Assembly (NCBI GenBank): GCA_965217895.1
Contig: CBDCJV010000002.1
Location: 1,376,001 to 1,440,000, forward strand
Source: Waterburya sp.
GTDB lineage: Bacteria > Cyanobacteriota > Cyanobacteriia > Cyanobacteriales > Xenococcaceae
Direction of reading: 5' to 3'
Length of the DNA: 64,000 nucleotides
The notes below the pieces were generated by a model. The model saw only the letters and a program-made list of their open reading frames with translations, did no database searches and was not told the origin of the DNA. Below, piece after piece: positions 51,728 through 62,440 of the stretch (its first letter is position 1; each line of letters begins with the position of its first letter). The translations under genes and the position numbers were made by a program.

Positions 51728-53113
51728 ATGGCTTCAGAAAAGTTTAGGTATCAGCTACGCCAAGAAGCAAGGCAATGGCAAGAGGAAGGTTTAATTAGTC
51801 CAGATGTATATGAACAATTAGCGACTCGTTATCGTTTGCAAGAGTTAGATTCGGCTTCGCGCGATCGCTTTATTGTTATTGTCTTGGGACTAGGCTTTAT
51901 TCTTCTGGGTTTAGGAATCATTACTTTTGTGGCTGCTAACTGGCAAGCATGGTCTAGACCAATTAAGGTCTTATTGCTGCTGAGTTTATTTATCGGTACT
52001 AACTGGGCAGGATTTTATCTATGGAGATCGCCTGATAAGCGCAAATCGCGTCTAGGACAAGGATTGTTACTGCTTGCTGCTTTAAGCTTGGGGGCAAATC
52101 TAGGCTTAATGTCTCAGATGTTTCATCAGACTGGCGCAGCCTATACCTTGTATCTAATTTGGGGTTTGGGAGTCTGGACGATGGCTTTTGGTTTGAGATT
52201 GACCTCATTGGGGTTAACGGCGGTTATCTTGATGGCGATCGCCTACTGCTTAGGAATCTTCCAAGATACGATTTGGAATAGGGCAGATTTGGGATTAGTC
52301 ATGGAGCAAATGTCCCTAATTATCGCCTTCCTTTTCATTCCTTTAGCTTATTATTGTCGCTCTCGTTGGATTTTTGGTCTAAGTTTAGTTTTAGTGGTTT
52401 CAGCTTTGGGAATAAATTTAGCACACTACTTAGATATCGCCGATCTATCTAATAAAAGCTTTCTTCCTGCCTTCTTATTTGTTCTTCCTCCAGGTTTACT
52501 CTGGAGTTATCGCGATAATTTACTATTTTCTAATTTAGATCTTAATTTTGATTCGATCAATCGTAAGCTGGCGGTTTTTTATTTAGGCACTCTATTTTAT
52601 CTGTGTTCATTTAACTTCTGGGATGACAATTTCGATTCCGATCGATCTGGTAAATTCATCGATTTTGTTCCTTGGTCATCGTTAATTGCACCAGCTATCT
52701 TTACTATTTTTGGCATTTGGGCTTGGTGGCAATTAGGAGTTAGAAGGACTAGCAATTTACCTTGGAGACTCGATCGCAACTCCACTTATGTTGGTGTAAC
52801 TTTAATATTTTTATTTGGCTTGATTTGGTTTAATCTCGCCGTAAGTCCATTGGGTATAGCGGGAACAATAATCTTTAACCTGCTGCTATTTTCCGTAGCG
52901 ATAATCTTGATTAGTCAGTCAGTGAAGGAAGGACAAAGATTTAACTTTTGGCTAGGAATAATTTTACTGATTCTGCAAATTTTCTCACGGATGTTTGAAT
53001 ATAACACCGATCTAATTTTAAAGGCGATCGCTCTCTTTATCTGCGGTATTGCTGCAATTTTAGCTGGGCTATGGTTTGAGCGTTATTTAAGTAATCTAAA
53101 TTCTTCAACTTAA
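51728..53113 (+). CDS. DUF2157-like multipass membrane protein
   Basis: WQEEGLIS and GIITFVAANW; many TM segments. Confidence 0.82.
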   Translation: MASEKFRYQLRQEARQWQEEGLISPDVYEQLATRYRLQELDSASRDRFIVIVLGLGFILLGLGIITFVAANWQAWSRPIKVLLLLSLFIGTNWAGFYLWRSPDKRKSRLGQGLLLLAALSLGANLGLMSQMFHQTGAAYTLYLIWGLGVWTMAFGLRLTSLGLTAVILMAIAYCLGIFQDTIWNRADLGLVMEQMSLIIAFLFIPLAYYCRSRWIFGLSLVLVVSALGINLAHYLDIADLSNKSFLPAFLFVLPPGLLWSYRDNLLFSNLDLNFDSINRKLAVFYLGTLFYLCSFNFWDDNFDSDRSGKFIDFVPWSSLIAPAIFTIFGIWAWWQLGVRRTSNLPWRLDRNSTYVGVTLIFLFGLIWFNLAVSPLGIAGTIIFNLLLFSVAIILISQSVKEGQRFNFWLGIILLILQIFSRMFEYNTDLILKAIALFICGIAAILAGLWFERYLSNLNSST

Positions 53114-53118
53114 TTATT

Positions 53119-53706
53119 ATGAACACTTCTAGAATATCTAATTTCCCTTGGTGGCGATTTCTCTTACCTTTCGGTTTGCAGTTGGGGATAATTTTGCTTG
53201 TCCCTGCCAAAAGTGCCTATACTTATAATTTTGGCAAACAAGCTGTGGTACAAACCATGCCTGTAGATCCCTATGATTTACTGCGGGGATATTCTCAAAC
53301 TCTCAGTTATGACATATCTCGTACTTCGGATTTAAAACAGTTTTTTGGAGGGGACGATTTAGCTGAAGGCGAAATTTTTTATTTAATTCTCGAACCAAAT
53401 ATTGCAGAAGTCAAACTATCACCTTCTCCCTCAAAAATAATTAGAGTAGCTAAAAATTTACCGCAAGATCTAAGTGCAAATCAAGTTGCTCTCAAAGGAA
53501 AAGTTAAGCAATACGGTCAAGTAAGCTATGGTTTGGAAACTTACTATATGCCAGAAAGCCAAAGAAAGAAAATTAATCAAGAAATTAGAGAATTGGAGCG
53601 TGACTCTCAAGGTAAAAGACCATTTGTAGTCGAGATAAAGGTCGATCGCTGGGGAAATTCTGTCCCCGTTAGTCTTTGGATAGGCAAGAAAAACTACAAA
53701 TTTTAA
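53119..53706 (+). CDS. GDYXXLXY-domain membrane-anchored protein
   Basis: PVDPYDLLRGYSQTLSY and YGLETYYMPE; usual partner of DUF2157. Confidence 0.85.
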   Translation: MNTSRISNFPWWRFLLPFGLQLGIILLVPAKSAYTYNFGKQAVVQTMPVDPYDLLRGYSQTLSYDISRTSDLKQFFGGDDLAEGEIFYLILEPNIAEVKLSPSPSKIIRVAKNLPQDLSANQVALKGKVKQYGQVSYGLETYYMPESQRKKINQEIRELERDSQGKRPFVVEIKVDRWGNSVPVSLWIGKKNYKF

Positions 53707-54372
53707 GTATGAAGTAGCTTGAAATTACTCAAAATTCCAACCATTGCTTAACTTGGGCAGTTGCTTTATTAATTCTAAGAATAGCGATCGCCCTATGACA
53801 AAATCCTAAAGCTACAAGTTATAATAATCAAGTATTGAAAAACAGCCTCTCTCCTCAGAAGCAAGGGACAATGAATATCTAAATCCAGCCATTAAGCATT
53901 GAATAACCTGCAAAACCTCATAGTCACTTCAAAGACAGCAGATTAGGTATAGGTGTCATTTTGGCAACCACCACAAAGTTTATTTGACTACGGTGATTTG
54001 CGCGATCGCGCAAATCTCAATAATGGCCGATCGACTAAGTAAACTTTATCTTTATGCCAATTATTAAAACAAACAAATGCTTAGGATGCTTGCTGTAAAG
54101 TTCGGTCATTACCTACGAACTATAGTAATTTCTGACACTACCGCAGTAGAGATATATCTTATCATTAATTAACAATTGGCATTATAATAAGCATCGTTGC
54201 CATCAGCAATTAGCTTGGCTGCGTAAACTTATTTTAGACGGTTGAAATCCAAACCTTAAGTAGTTAGATCTACAACAAACAATTACCTCATTCAAGAGCA
54301 TATAAACGATGATTACCCTTTGGGTAAACTACGCAAATGTGAGGTTCGTAATAAACAAGTATATAGACAAAA

Positions 54373-56457
54373 ATGAAAGACCTTACTCGATATCGGAACA
54401 TAGGCATCTTCGCTCACGTAGATGCTGGCAAAACAACAACCACTGAAAGAATCCTCAAGCTTACTGGTAAAACCCACAAAATCGGCGAGGTGCATGAAGG
54501 AGAAGCAACAACTGACTTCATGGATCAGGAAAAAGAACGTGGCATTACGATTCAGTCTGCTGCTACAAGTTGTTTTTGGAAAGATCACCAGCTAAACATA
54601 ATTGACACTCCTGGTCACGTTGACTTCACTATCGAGGTTTATCGTTCTCTCAAAGTTTTAGATGGCGGGATTGGTGTGTTCTGTGCTTCGGGTGGGGTCG
54701 AACCTCAGTCTGAAACTAACTGGCGTTATGCTAACGATTCAAAAGTAGCCAGAATTATTTACGTCAATAAACTAGATCGTACTGGTGGTGACTTTTATAG
54801 CGTAGTTAAGCAGGTAAAAGAAATCTTAGCTGCGACTCCTTTAGTAATGGTTTTACCTATTGGTATTGAAGGTAATTTTAAAGGAGTAGTCGATCTACTA
54901 ACTCGCAAAGCTTGGGTATGGGATGAATCTGGAGATCCAGATAAATATGAAATCCAAGATGTTCCTGCGGATATGGTTGACGATGTGGAAACCTATCGCG
55001 AACAGCTAGTCGAAATTGCCATTGAGCAAGATGATGAATTAATGGAGAAGTATTTAGAAGGGGAAGAAGTTTCGGTTGACGAACTCAAAGCCTGTATTCG
55101 TAAAGGAACTCGCGAATTAGCTTTCTTCCCTACTTACTGTGGTTCTTCTTTTAAAAACAAAGGAGTACAGTTAGTCTTGGATGCTGTGGTGGACTATCTA
55201 CCAAACCCCATGGAAGTTAAACCTCAACCAGAGGTTGACCTAGAAGGTAACGAAACAGGTGAATATGCGATTGTCGATCCCCAAGAGCCTTTGCGGGCTT
55301 TGGCATTCAAAATTATGGACGACCGTTATGGTGCGTTAACCTTTACTCGGATTTATTCTGGGACATTAAATAAAGGTGAATCTGTTTTAAATACGGCTAC
55401 AGGTAAAACTGAGCGTGTAGGTCGGATGGTAGAGATGCACGCAAACTCTCGCGAAGAAATTGATACTGCTCAAGCAGGAGATATTATTGCCATTGTCGGC
55501 TTGAAAAGTATCCAGACTGGACATACTCTGTGCGATCCTAAAGATCCTGCAACTTTAGAACCAATGGTTTTCCCCGACCCAGTAATCTCTATCTCTGTAA
55601 CTCCCAAAAACAAAGGTGCTTCTGAAAAGTTAGGAATGGCATTGGGTAAAATGGTTCAAGAAGATCCATCTTTCTATGTGGAAACTGACCAAGAAAGTGG
55701 TGAGGTGATCATCAAAGGTATGGGTGAACTTCACCTAGACATTAAGGTAGATATCCTCAAACGCACTCACGGTGTTGAAGTCGAAGTTGGTAAGCCTCAA
55801 GTTGCTTATCGCGAATCTATCACTAAAATCGTTCAAGATAGCTATACTCACAAGAAACAGTCTGGTGGTTCTGGTCAGTTTGGTAAAATTGACTATACTA
55901 TCGAGCCTGGCGAAACTGGTTCGGGCTTTGAGTTTGAATCTAAAGTTACTGGTGGTAACGTCCCCAGAGAATTTTGGCCAGCAGTCGAAAAAGGCTTTGC
56001 TAGCAGTATCGAAAAAGGTGTCTTGGCTGGATTCCCTTGTGTAGATTTAAAAATTACTCTCAATGATGGTTCTTTCCATCCTGTAGACTCTAGCGCGATC
56101 GCTTTTGAAATTGCAGCAAAATCTGGTTATCGTCAAACTTTACCCAAAGCGGGCCCCCAAATTCTTGAGCCTATTATGAACGTGGACGTATTTACTCCTG
56201 ATGACCACATGGGAGATGTGATTGGCGATCTTAACCGTCGTCGAGGCATGATTAAGTCACAAAATTCTACTCCTATGGGTGTTCGCATCAAAGCAGACGT
56301 ACCTTTGAGTGAAATGTTTGGCTACATTGGTGACTTGCGTACCATGACTTCTGGACGTGGACAATTCTCCATGGAATTCAATCATTACTCACCTTGTCCT
56401 AAGAATGTTGCCGAGGAAGTTATTGCTGAGGCGAAAGAACGCCAAGCTGCTAAGTAG
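54373..56457 (+). CDS. fusA: Elongation factor G (stand-alone paralog, not in a str operon)
   Basis: [30 protein letters not shown] and HKKQSGG. Confidence 0.96.
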   Translation: MKDLTRYRNIGIFAHVDAGKTTTTERILKLTGKTHKIGEVHEGEATTDFMDQEKERGITIQSAATSCFWKDHQLNIIDTPGHVDFTIEVYRSLKVLDGGIGVFCASGGVEPQSETNWRYANDSKVARIIYVNKLDRTGGDFYSVVKQVKEILAATPLVMVLPIGIEGNFKGVVDLLTRKAWVWDESGDPDKYEIQDVPADMVDDVETYREQLVEIAIEQDDELMEKYLEGEEVSVDELKACIRKGTRELAFFPTYCGSSFKNKGVQLVLDAVVDYLPNPMEVKPQPEVDLEGNETGEYAIVDPQEPLRALAFKIMDDRYGALTFTRIYSGTLNKGESVLNTATGKTERVGRMVEMHANSREEIDTAQAGDIIAIVGLKSIQTGHTLCDPKDPATLEPMVFPDPVISISVTPKNKGASEKLGMALGKMVQEDPSFYVETDQESGEVIIKGMGELHLDIKVDILKRTHGVEVEVGKPQVAYRESITKIVQDSYTHKKQSGGSGQFGKIDYTIEPGETGSGFEFESKVTGGNVPREFWPAVEKGFASSIEKGVLAGFPCVDLKITLNDGSFHPVDSSAIAFEIAAKSGYRQTLPKAGPQILEPIMNVDVFTPDDHMGDVIGDLNRRRGMIKSQNSTPMGVRIKADVPLSEMFGYIGDLRTMTSGRGQFSMEFNHYSPCPKNVAEEVIAEAKERQAAK

Positions 56458-56510
56458 TTTAAGCGTTGCTGATTTTAGGTAATGGCTACGAAATATTACT
56501 GTTGGCAGCC

Positions 56511-56557
56511 CTAATAGTTCGACAGTTCCTCCGTTGTAGGAACTGTCGAACTATTAG
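56511..56557. terminator. Perfect 20-bp stem-loop between convergent fusA and rplI
   Basis: CTAATAGTTCGACAGTTCCT-N7-AGGAACTGTCGAACTATTAG. Confidence 0.65.
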
Positions 56558-56727
56558 CTATCAGCTTTTGAGTAACTGTTATTAACAGACATGGCAAACC
56601 TTACGCATTCACAAACATCAGGAGCTGCTCCTCAAGAAACTTAGCAAAAAAGCTGAGTTTCTCAGTCTTGAACTCGCCCCTAAATCAACACTTACTCCTG
56701 ACGTTTCTTAAAAGTTAGTAGCTAAAA

Positions 56728-57186
56728 CTATAAAGGTATGACTTGGAAATCTACTGTGGCACTAACTTCAGGATGTAGTTTAACTTCTGCTTGATAGTCG
56801 CCTGTAGAACTTACGTCTGGAACTTCAATACCACGGCGGTCTACCTCAATGCCAGCTTGTTCTTTAATAATGTCAGCTATCTCTTGACTAGTAACACTAC
56901 CAAAGATAGCGTTTTGTTCTCCAACTTGTTTACGAATAGTCAACTTACCAATAGTTTTAAAAGCAACTTTTTTGTTTTCTGCTGCTTGTTTTTCTGCTAG
57001 TTTCTGTTGTCTTTCTTTTTCTCTTCTAAATTCAACTTGCTTAACAATTCCTTTGGTAGCCAAGCTAGCCAAACCTTGAGGAATGAGATAATTTCGAGCG
57101 AAACCAGGAGCGACATCTACTAAGTCGCCATTACTGCCTAATTTGCTAACGCTTTGATTTAAAATTACGGATACGCGCTTTGCCAT
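56728..57186 (-). CDS. rplI: 50S ribosomal protein L9
   Basis: LGSNGDLVDVAPGFARNYLIPQG, IFGSVT and KLHPEV. Confidence 0.97.
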   Translation of the reverse strand: MAKRVSVILNQSVSKLGSNGDLVDVAPGFARNYLIPQGLASLATKGIVKQVEFRREKERQQKLAEKQAAENKKVAFKTIGKLTIRKQVGEQNAIFGSVTSQEIADIIKEQAGIEVDRRGIEVPDVSSTGDYQAEVKLHPEVSATVDFQVIPL

Positions 57187-57363
57187 TTCTTACTTAAATT
57201 CTCCTATATTCAGTTATGTTTTGCTGTGGCGATTTAATTGTTGCACCTGCTGAACTTTTTATTATATCAGTCAGGTCAGCAGATGGGAGTTAGATTTAAT
57301 AGTCAGCAGCTAATAATAATTGTTATAGTTCAAATCAACATTTTGTAGGCTACCAGAGAAGAA

Positions 57364-57798
57364 ATGGCGAATCTAAAAGGAGAATGTTTGTGTGGCAAAA
57401 TTTACTATGAGTATAATGGCGCAACAGGAAACTTAGTTCATTGTCATTGCTCTAAATGCCGTAAATGGCATGGTGCAGCATTTAGAAGCCGTATGGTAGT
57501 CAAGGAAAATGGCTATAAAATAATTCAAGGACAAGAATATTTGGCTCAATACCAGGCTACCTCCAACATAATAAAAACCTTCTGCAAAAACTGTGGTTCA
57601 AGCTTGGCAACGATTTATCCCTTGCGAGACAATTTACTGGGCTTACCCATTGCTGGCTGTGAAGGAGAATTTGACCAATATCAAGAGTTTCATATTTTTA
57701 CAGGCTCAAAAGCTAAATGGTGGAAGATTACTGATAGCTTTCCTCAATATGAAACTATACCTGATGATAAACAAATAATTCACTGCATCAACGATTAA
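57364..57798 (+). CDS. GFA/CENP-V family zinc-binding protein
   Basis: GECLCG, HCHCSKCRK and FCKNCGS. Confidence 0.9.
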   Translation: MANLKGECLCGKIYYEYNGATGNLVHCHCSKCRKWHGAAFRSRMVVKENGYKIIQGQEYLAQYQATSNIIKTFCKNCGSSLATIYPLRDNLLGLPIAGCEGEFDQYQEFHIFTGSKAKWWKITDSFPQYETIPDDKQIIHCIND

Positions 57799-57913
57799 AG
57801 TAATCTAAATTTGTTTTGTTTAAACTCTAAACTAGCATTCAGAAACCTTTTAGAAACTGCTGCAATTCTGCCGTTAAGGTATGGTGTGGAATTAAAGCGG
57901 AGAAAGTAAGTAA

Positions 57914-58351
57914 GTGCCTCAAGTCACAGATTACTCCGCCCTAAACGGACGGAGCCTGCTGTGACCGTTGGTCAAAATATATGGATTACGAGAAAATATA
58001 AAGCCTAAGCGTTTTGCTTTATCTGATGCAATTCAGGCTGGGTTAACTGAAGCCATCGGCACACCAGAAACAAAAAGATTTCAGCGATTTATCATTCTAG
58101 AACCAGAAAACTTTATCTTTCCCAGCGATCGCACCAATGACTATACAATTATAGAAATTAGTATGTTCGATGGGCGTTCGGTAGAAAGCAAAAAAAACTT
58201 AATTCGTCTTCTCTATCAAAAAATATCTCAAACTGTTGAAATTAATCCTCAGGATTTAGAAATTACTATTTTTGAAACTCCAAAAGCCAACTGGGGAATT
58301 CGGGGAATATCAGGAGATGAACTAAATCTAAATTACAAGATAGATGTTTAA
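57914..58351 (+). pseudogene. Tautomerase-family gene interrupted after codon 4 by a 48-nt element
   Basis: Removing 57927-57974 gives GTG CCT CAA GTC AAA ATA TAT GGA (MPQVKIYG). Downstream motifs include GRSVESKK and ITIFETPKANWGIRG. Confidence 0.8.
57927..57974. mobile_element. 48-nt hairpin element bounded by GTCA direct repeats
   Basis: GTCA at 57923-57926 and 57971-57974; nested stems GTCACAG/CTGTGAC and CTCCG.CC/GG.CGGAG; a second, interrupted copy at 10613-10855. Confidence 0.85.
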
Positions 58352-58421
58352 ACACTAGAAATCTAATTAATGCTTAAGGTCAGGATCTCTGCCGTAAAAC
58401 AACGGGAATCCTGAGCTTTGG

Positions 58422-59195
58422 TCAAAATTGATCTTTCATGCCCCGAATACGACCAAATACTCTTGCTGGTTCTTTCATTTTGGCAGTAGTTTGTAAGGCT
58501 GCACTATCCCAACGTAAAAAAGGATTGGTTTGCTTTTCCACACCTAATAAGGATGGAACAGTAGCGATTCCTTGGCTACGAGCCTGTTGTACCTCTTGAT
58601 ATCTGCTGTGTAAATTTAAATTATCTCGATCTACGCTTAGAGCAAATTTTAAATTGTTAAGAGTATATTCATGAGCGCACCACACGCGAGTATTATCAGG
58701 AAGCTGGCGCAATTTACCAATCGAATCAACCATTTGAGCAGGAGTTCCTTCAAACAATCTGCCACATCCACCTGCAAAAATTGTATCACCACAGAACAAT
58801 TCTCCTGTTTGGTCTGGGGTTGCAGGCGGAAAGTAATAGGCAATATGACCAGAGGTATGACCAGGCACGAAAAATACCTGACCTATTCTATTAGCAAACT
58901 CTACAGTATCTCCCTCTTTTAGAAATACCTGCTGGTGGGGAATTCTACCTTTATCCTCAGCACCACCATAAACACAAAGATCGGGAAAATGCTTAATCAA
59001 TTTATTGTTGCCACCCACATGATCCCAATGATGATGGGTATTGAAAATAGTGATTAGTTGAGCATCAATGGTTGCTAAATAGTCCAATACAGGATCGGCT
59101 ACTGCGGGATCTACTACCGCAGCAGTTTTTTGCCAAGGATCGTACAAGACAAAGATATAGTTATCTGCTAAAGCAGGAATACGCTTGATTTCCAT
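58422..59195 (-). CDS. gloB: Hydroxyacylglutathione hydrolase (glyoxalase II)
   Basis: THHHWDHVGG, PGHTSGH, GDTIF, CAHEYT and NPFLR. Confidence 0.95.
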   Translation of the reverse strand: MEIKRIPALADNYIFVLYDPWQKTAAVVDPAVADPVLDYLATIDAQLITIFNTHHHWDHVGGNNKLIKHFPDLCVYGGAEDKGRIPHQQVFLKEGDTVEFANRIGQVFFVPGHTSGHIAYYFPPATPDQTGELFCGDTIFAGGCGRLFEGTPAQMVDSIGKLRQLPDNTRVWCAHEYTLNNLKFALSVDRDNLNLHSRYQEVQQARSQGIATVPSLLGVEKQTNPFLRWDSAALQTTAKMKEPARVFGRIRGMKDQF

Positions 59196-59350
59196 GTTGA
59201 GAATGTTTTATGAGGATTAGACTCTCGACGTTTTGAGTAACTATATTTCATCATATTAGATAAATACTCGGTTATCTTAGTACAGATAATAATTCTGAGT
59301 TATAAGGTTTTGTTATTAATAATGAATAATGTGCAAAATTCAAATAAGTT

Positions 59351-61417
59351 ATGTTTAATAACTCAACTAATAAATTTTTGTTTGACCTGACTAAAAAAAA
59401 GCCTATCTATTTTTTTTCATCATTTTTTCTAAGTATAATTAGTGCTTTATTGAATATAATAGTAACTTTTTGCTTGATTCCTGTATTAATTATCATTTTA
59501 GACGGAGAACAGCAAAATATTAAAATTGAGCAATCAAATATACTTGACTATTTTTTTGCTTCATTTAATAAGTTAACAGGAGAATATAGACTAGAAATTA
59601 TTATTGCCTTGATGTTTGTAGTAATTGTTTTTAAAAATTGCGCCACATATTTAAATTCTCTAGTAAATATTAAACATATCAGGCATTTAGTCTATCAAAT
59701 GAAAAGCCAAGGCTATAGTTTGCTAGCTAGAGTTAATTTAAATTATTATCAAAATAATAAAACAGAAGATATATTACTTAAGTTAAATCGAGAGATAGAG
59801 AAAGCGGCGATCGCTATTAAAATCTGTCAAAATATATTAGCTATTTCAAGTATTATTATTATTCTGACTATTTTTCTTCTATTTATATCTTGGCAGTTAA
59901 CTTTTATCTGTATATTTGTTTTAGGGTTAATTGCTTTAATCAATCAATTTATTGTTACCACTGCTCAAAGATTGGCAACAATATTATCTCAAAAGTCTAA
60001 AACTTATAATCGCAAATCGGTAGAATTTTTAACAGGGATTCGCTCAATTAAAACTGTTGGCAATGAAACTAGAGAATATCAATCGATAACTCAACTAATT
60101 AAGGACAAAGATCAGGCGCAATTAAATACCCTGGCAGCCTCAGCAATAATCAGCCCTATAAATGAAATTTTAGGTATGATGATGATTGCAGCTTTACTAA
60201 TTGTAGTTCCCTACTTATATGGTCAGTCAATCCACAACCTAGCATTGACTTTTTTAACTTATTTAGTAGTTTTATGCAGATTGCTACCTTTTTTTGGTCA
60301 ACTAAACAATGCTCGTACTCAATTTTATAATAATATTGCCAGTGCAAAAACAGTTGCCAATTTCTTAAAAGAAACTGATAAGCCTATGCTTAAATCAGGA
60401 ACGATTAAGTTTGTAGAATTAAGTTCTGGTATGGAGTTTCAAAAGGTGACTTTTGCCTATCCTAATCATGCGCAAATAATTCTCGACAAAGTTGATTTGT
60501 GGATTCCTAAAGGGCAAACGATCGCTTTAGTTGGTTCTTCGGAAATAGGCAAATTAATAATTACCGAACTATTACCAAGATTTCATGAGCCAATAGATGG
60601 TCAAATTTTAATTGATGGTAAAAATATTGTCGAATATGATATTACAAGCTTGAGAAAAGCGATTGCCATAATTAATAGTAATACATTTTTGTTTAATGAT
60701 TCCCTAGCATATAATATTACCTACGGTTTGAAAGATATTAGCGAATCAGACATTATTAATGCTATTAAAAAAGCCAATCTTTATGAATTTGTTAGCCAAT
60801 TACCAGATGGCTTAAATACAAAAATTGGAGTAACCAGTGTCTTACTTACTGAAGGACAAAAACAAAGATTGGCTATAGCTAGAGCTATATTACATGATGC
60901 AAAAATTCTAATTCTTGATGAATCTAGTCTGGGGATAGATATTTTTGAAGATTTCTTAGTTCAAGATACAATTAAAGAGTTGTGTTGCGATCGCACAACT
61001 TTAATTATTGCTCAAAGGTTAACTACTATTCAACAAGCCGATCGAATAATTGTTTTAAATAAAGGTCGAGTAATTGAAGTTGGTACCCATGCAGAATTAC
61101 TTCGTCAGGGAGATTTTTATAATCGTTGGTATTCAATGCAGTTCAAAACCAATAATCAGTCTCGTCAACTAAAATTGGCTCAGAAAATTGCTCAAAAATT
61201 AGCTAGTCAAACTAAGAGTAATCTTTCTGCTGAAATTCGTCATAATTTTGATTCACTTCTAAGCTATATGCAGTTGTTTAACGAAGAAATTTTTCAAGAC
61301 GATTTAGAACAGGAAAAAATTCTGGATGAATCATATCAATCGGCTAAAGATATGTTGACTAACCTCAAAGAATATGAACGTAAAATTTCTCGTGACCCCG
61401 ATCATCCAAATTTATAA
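59351..61417 (+). CDS. MsbA/HepA-like ABC exporter (TMD+NBD) with degenerate NBD and extra C-terminal helical domain
   Basis: Multiple TM segments and an NBD fold (FQKVTFAY, QRLAIARA, ILILDE) with altered catalytic motifs. Confidence 0.85.
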   Translation: MFNNSTNKFLFDLTKKKPIYFFSSFFLSIISALLNIIVTFCLIPVLIIILDGEQQNIKIEQSNILDYFFASFNKLTGEYRLEIIIALMFVVIVFKNCATYLNSLVNIKHIRHLVYQMKSQGYSLLARVNLNYYQNNKTEDILLKLNREIEKAAIAIKICQNILAISSIIIILTIFLLFISWQLTFICIFVLGLIALINQFIVTTAQRLATILSQKSKTYNRKSVEFLTGIRSIKTVGNETREYQSITQLIKDKDQAQLNTLAASAIISPINEILGMMMIAALLIVVPYLYGQSIHNLALTFLTYLVVLCRLLPFFGQLNNARTQFYNNIASAKTVANFLKETDKPMLKSGTIKFVELSSGMEFQKVTFAYPNHAQIILDKVDLWIPKGQTIALVGSSEIGKLIITELLPRFHEPIDGQILIDGKNIVEYDITSLRKAIAIINSNTFLFNDSLAYNITYGLKDISESDIINAIKKANLYEFVSQLPDGLNTKIGVTSVLLTEGQKQRLAIARAILHDAKILILDESSLGIDIFEDFLVQDTIKELCCDRTTLIIAQRLTTIQQADRIIVLNKGRVIEVGTHAELLRQGDFYNRWYSMQFKTNNQSRQLKLAQKIAQKLASQTKSNLSAEIRHNFDSLLSYMQLFNEEIFQDDLEQEKILDESYQSAKDMLTNLKEYERKISRDPDHPNL

Positions 61418-61421
61418 ATAG

Positions 61422-61913
61422 TTAATTGGTGATTTTTGCTAGTTTGTGCAAGGCACTATCGCTAACGCGACAAGTACGCCAGTCGGGTAATATTTTTGCT
61501 CCCATACTTTCATAAAAAGCGATCGCACTTTGATTCCAGTCTAAAACATTCCACTCCAGTCGCCCTGCATCTCTTTCTACCGCCAGCTTACCTAAATAAG
61601 ATAACATTGCCTTTGCCATTCCTCGACGACGATAATCTGGTAACACAAATAAGTCTTCAAGGTAAATGCCTGGTTTGGTTAAAAACGTCGAATAATTAGC
61701 GAAAAACAAAGCAAAGCCGACTATTTTATGTTCACACTCAGCTACAATAGCCTCAGCATTAACTCGACTACCAAATAAGTCCGACTGTAAATCTTTGGCT
61801 GTCCCCGTAACCTGATGAAGGAGTTGCTCATATTCTGCTAATGCTTGAATCAAGCTAAAAATATCTGATACATCGTCAGCAACAGCCTGACGGATTTTAA
61901 ATTCTGAAGTCAT
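61422..61913 (-). CDS. GNAT N-acetyltransferase (diamine acetyltransferase-like)
   Basis: YSTFLTKPGIYLEDLFV, RRRGMA and VLDWNQSAIAFY. Confidence 0.9.
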   Translation of the reverse strand: MTSEFKIRQAVADDVSDIFSLIQALAEYEQLLHQVTGTAKDLQSDLFGSRVNAEAIVAECEHKIVGFALFFANYSTFLTKPGIYLEDLFVLPDYRRRGMAKAMLSYLGKLAVERDAGRLEWNVLDWNQSAIAFYESMGAKILPDWRTCRVSDSALHKLAKITN

Positions 61914-61985
61914 GTTAAATAGTTAAGCAGAACAATATTGATAGTATTATTATCTAGCAAAGCTTAAAATCCTTATTACTTTAAA

Positions 61986-62420
61986 ATGATCACAATTGTT
62001 AAGCATAGAAGAACAGGAACTGAGTACATTTTATTGGGAATAAATGGGGAAGTTGATAAAGTTAATCCGTCTCGTTTTATCAGTGAACTGTTCGCCCAAG
62101 AAAAATCCAAATCTGAGGTATCCTGTTCAGCAACGGTTTGTGATGTTCAAGGAAATATTTTCTTGGCTTATATTGACGATTTGACTGTTGTGGAAATAGA
62201 CGGCAATAAGCCAGCAGAACTACTGCCAGAACCCACTTCTAAGTCAGTAGACAATGATGTATATCAACAGCAAACAGATGATTTTGATGATGAAGATTTA
62301 GAAGCAGAAAACATTGATAACCTTGAAAATACATCGACAGAAGCCCCCATATCTTCTACCTATAGCCAAAGTTCATCTCAACAAAGCGATCTTGATAATG
62401 ACGATGATGATTGGATCTAA
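61986..62420 (+). CDS. Hypothetical protein with acidic tail
   Basis: 144-aa ATG-started ORF; compact N-terminal domain and D/E-rich C-terminus. Confidence 0.7.
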   Translation: MITIVKHRRTGTEYILLGINGEVDKVNPSRFISELFAQEKSKSEVSCSATVCDVQGNIFLAYIDDLTVVEIDGNKPAELLPEPTSKSVDNDVYQQQTDDFDDEDLEAENIDNLENTSTEAPISSTYSQSSSQQSDLDNDDDDWI

Positions 62421-62440
62421 AGTTGGCTAGTAGCTTTTCG

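Noticed and set aside
57364..59195. GFA + tautomerase + gloB as an aldehyde-detoxification cluster
   Set aside because: gloB is convergent and a core gene, and there is no sequence evidence of co-regulation.
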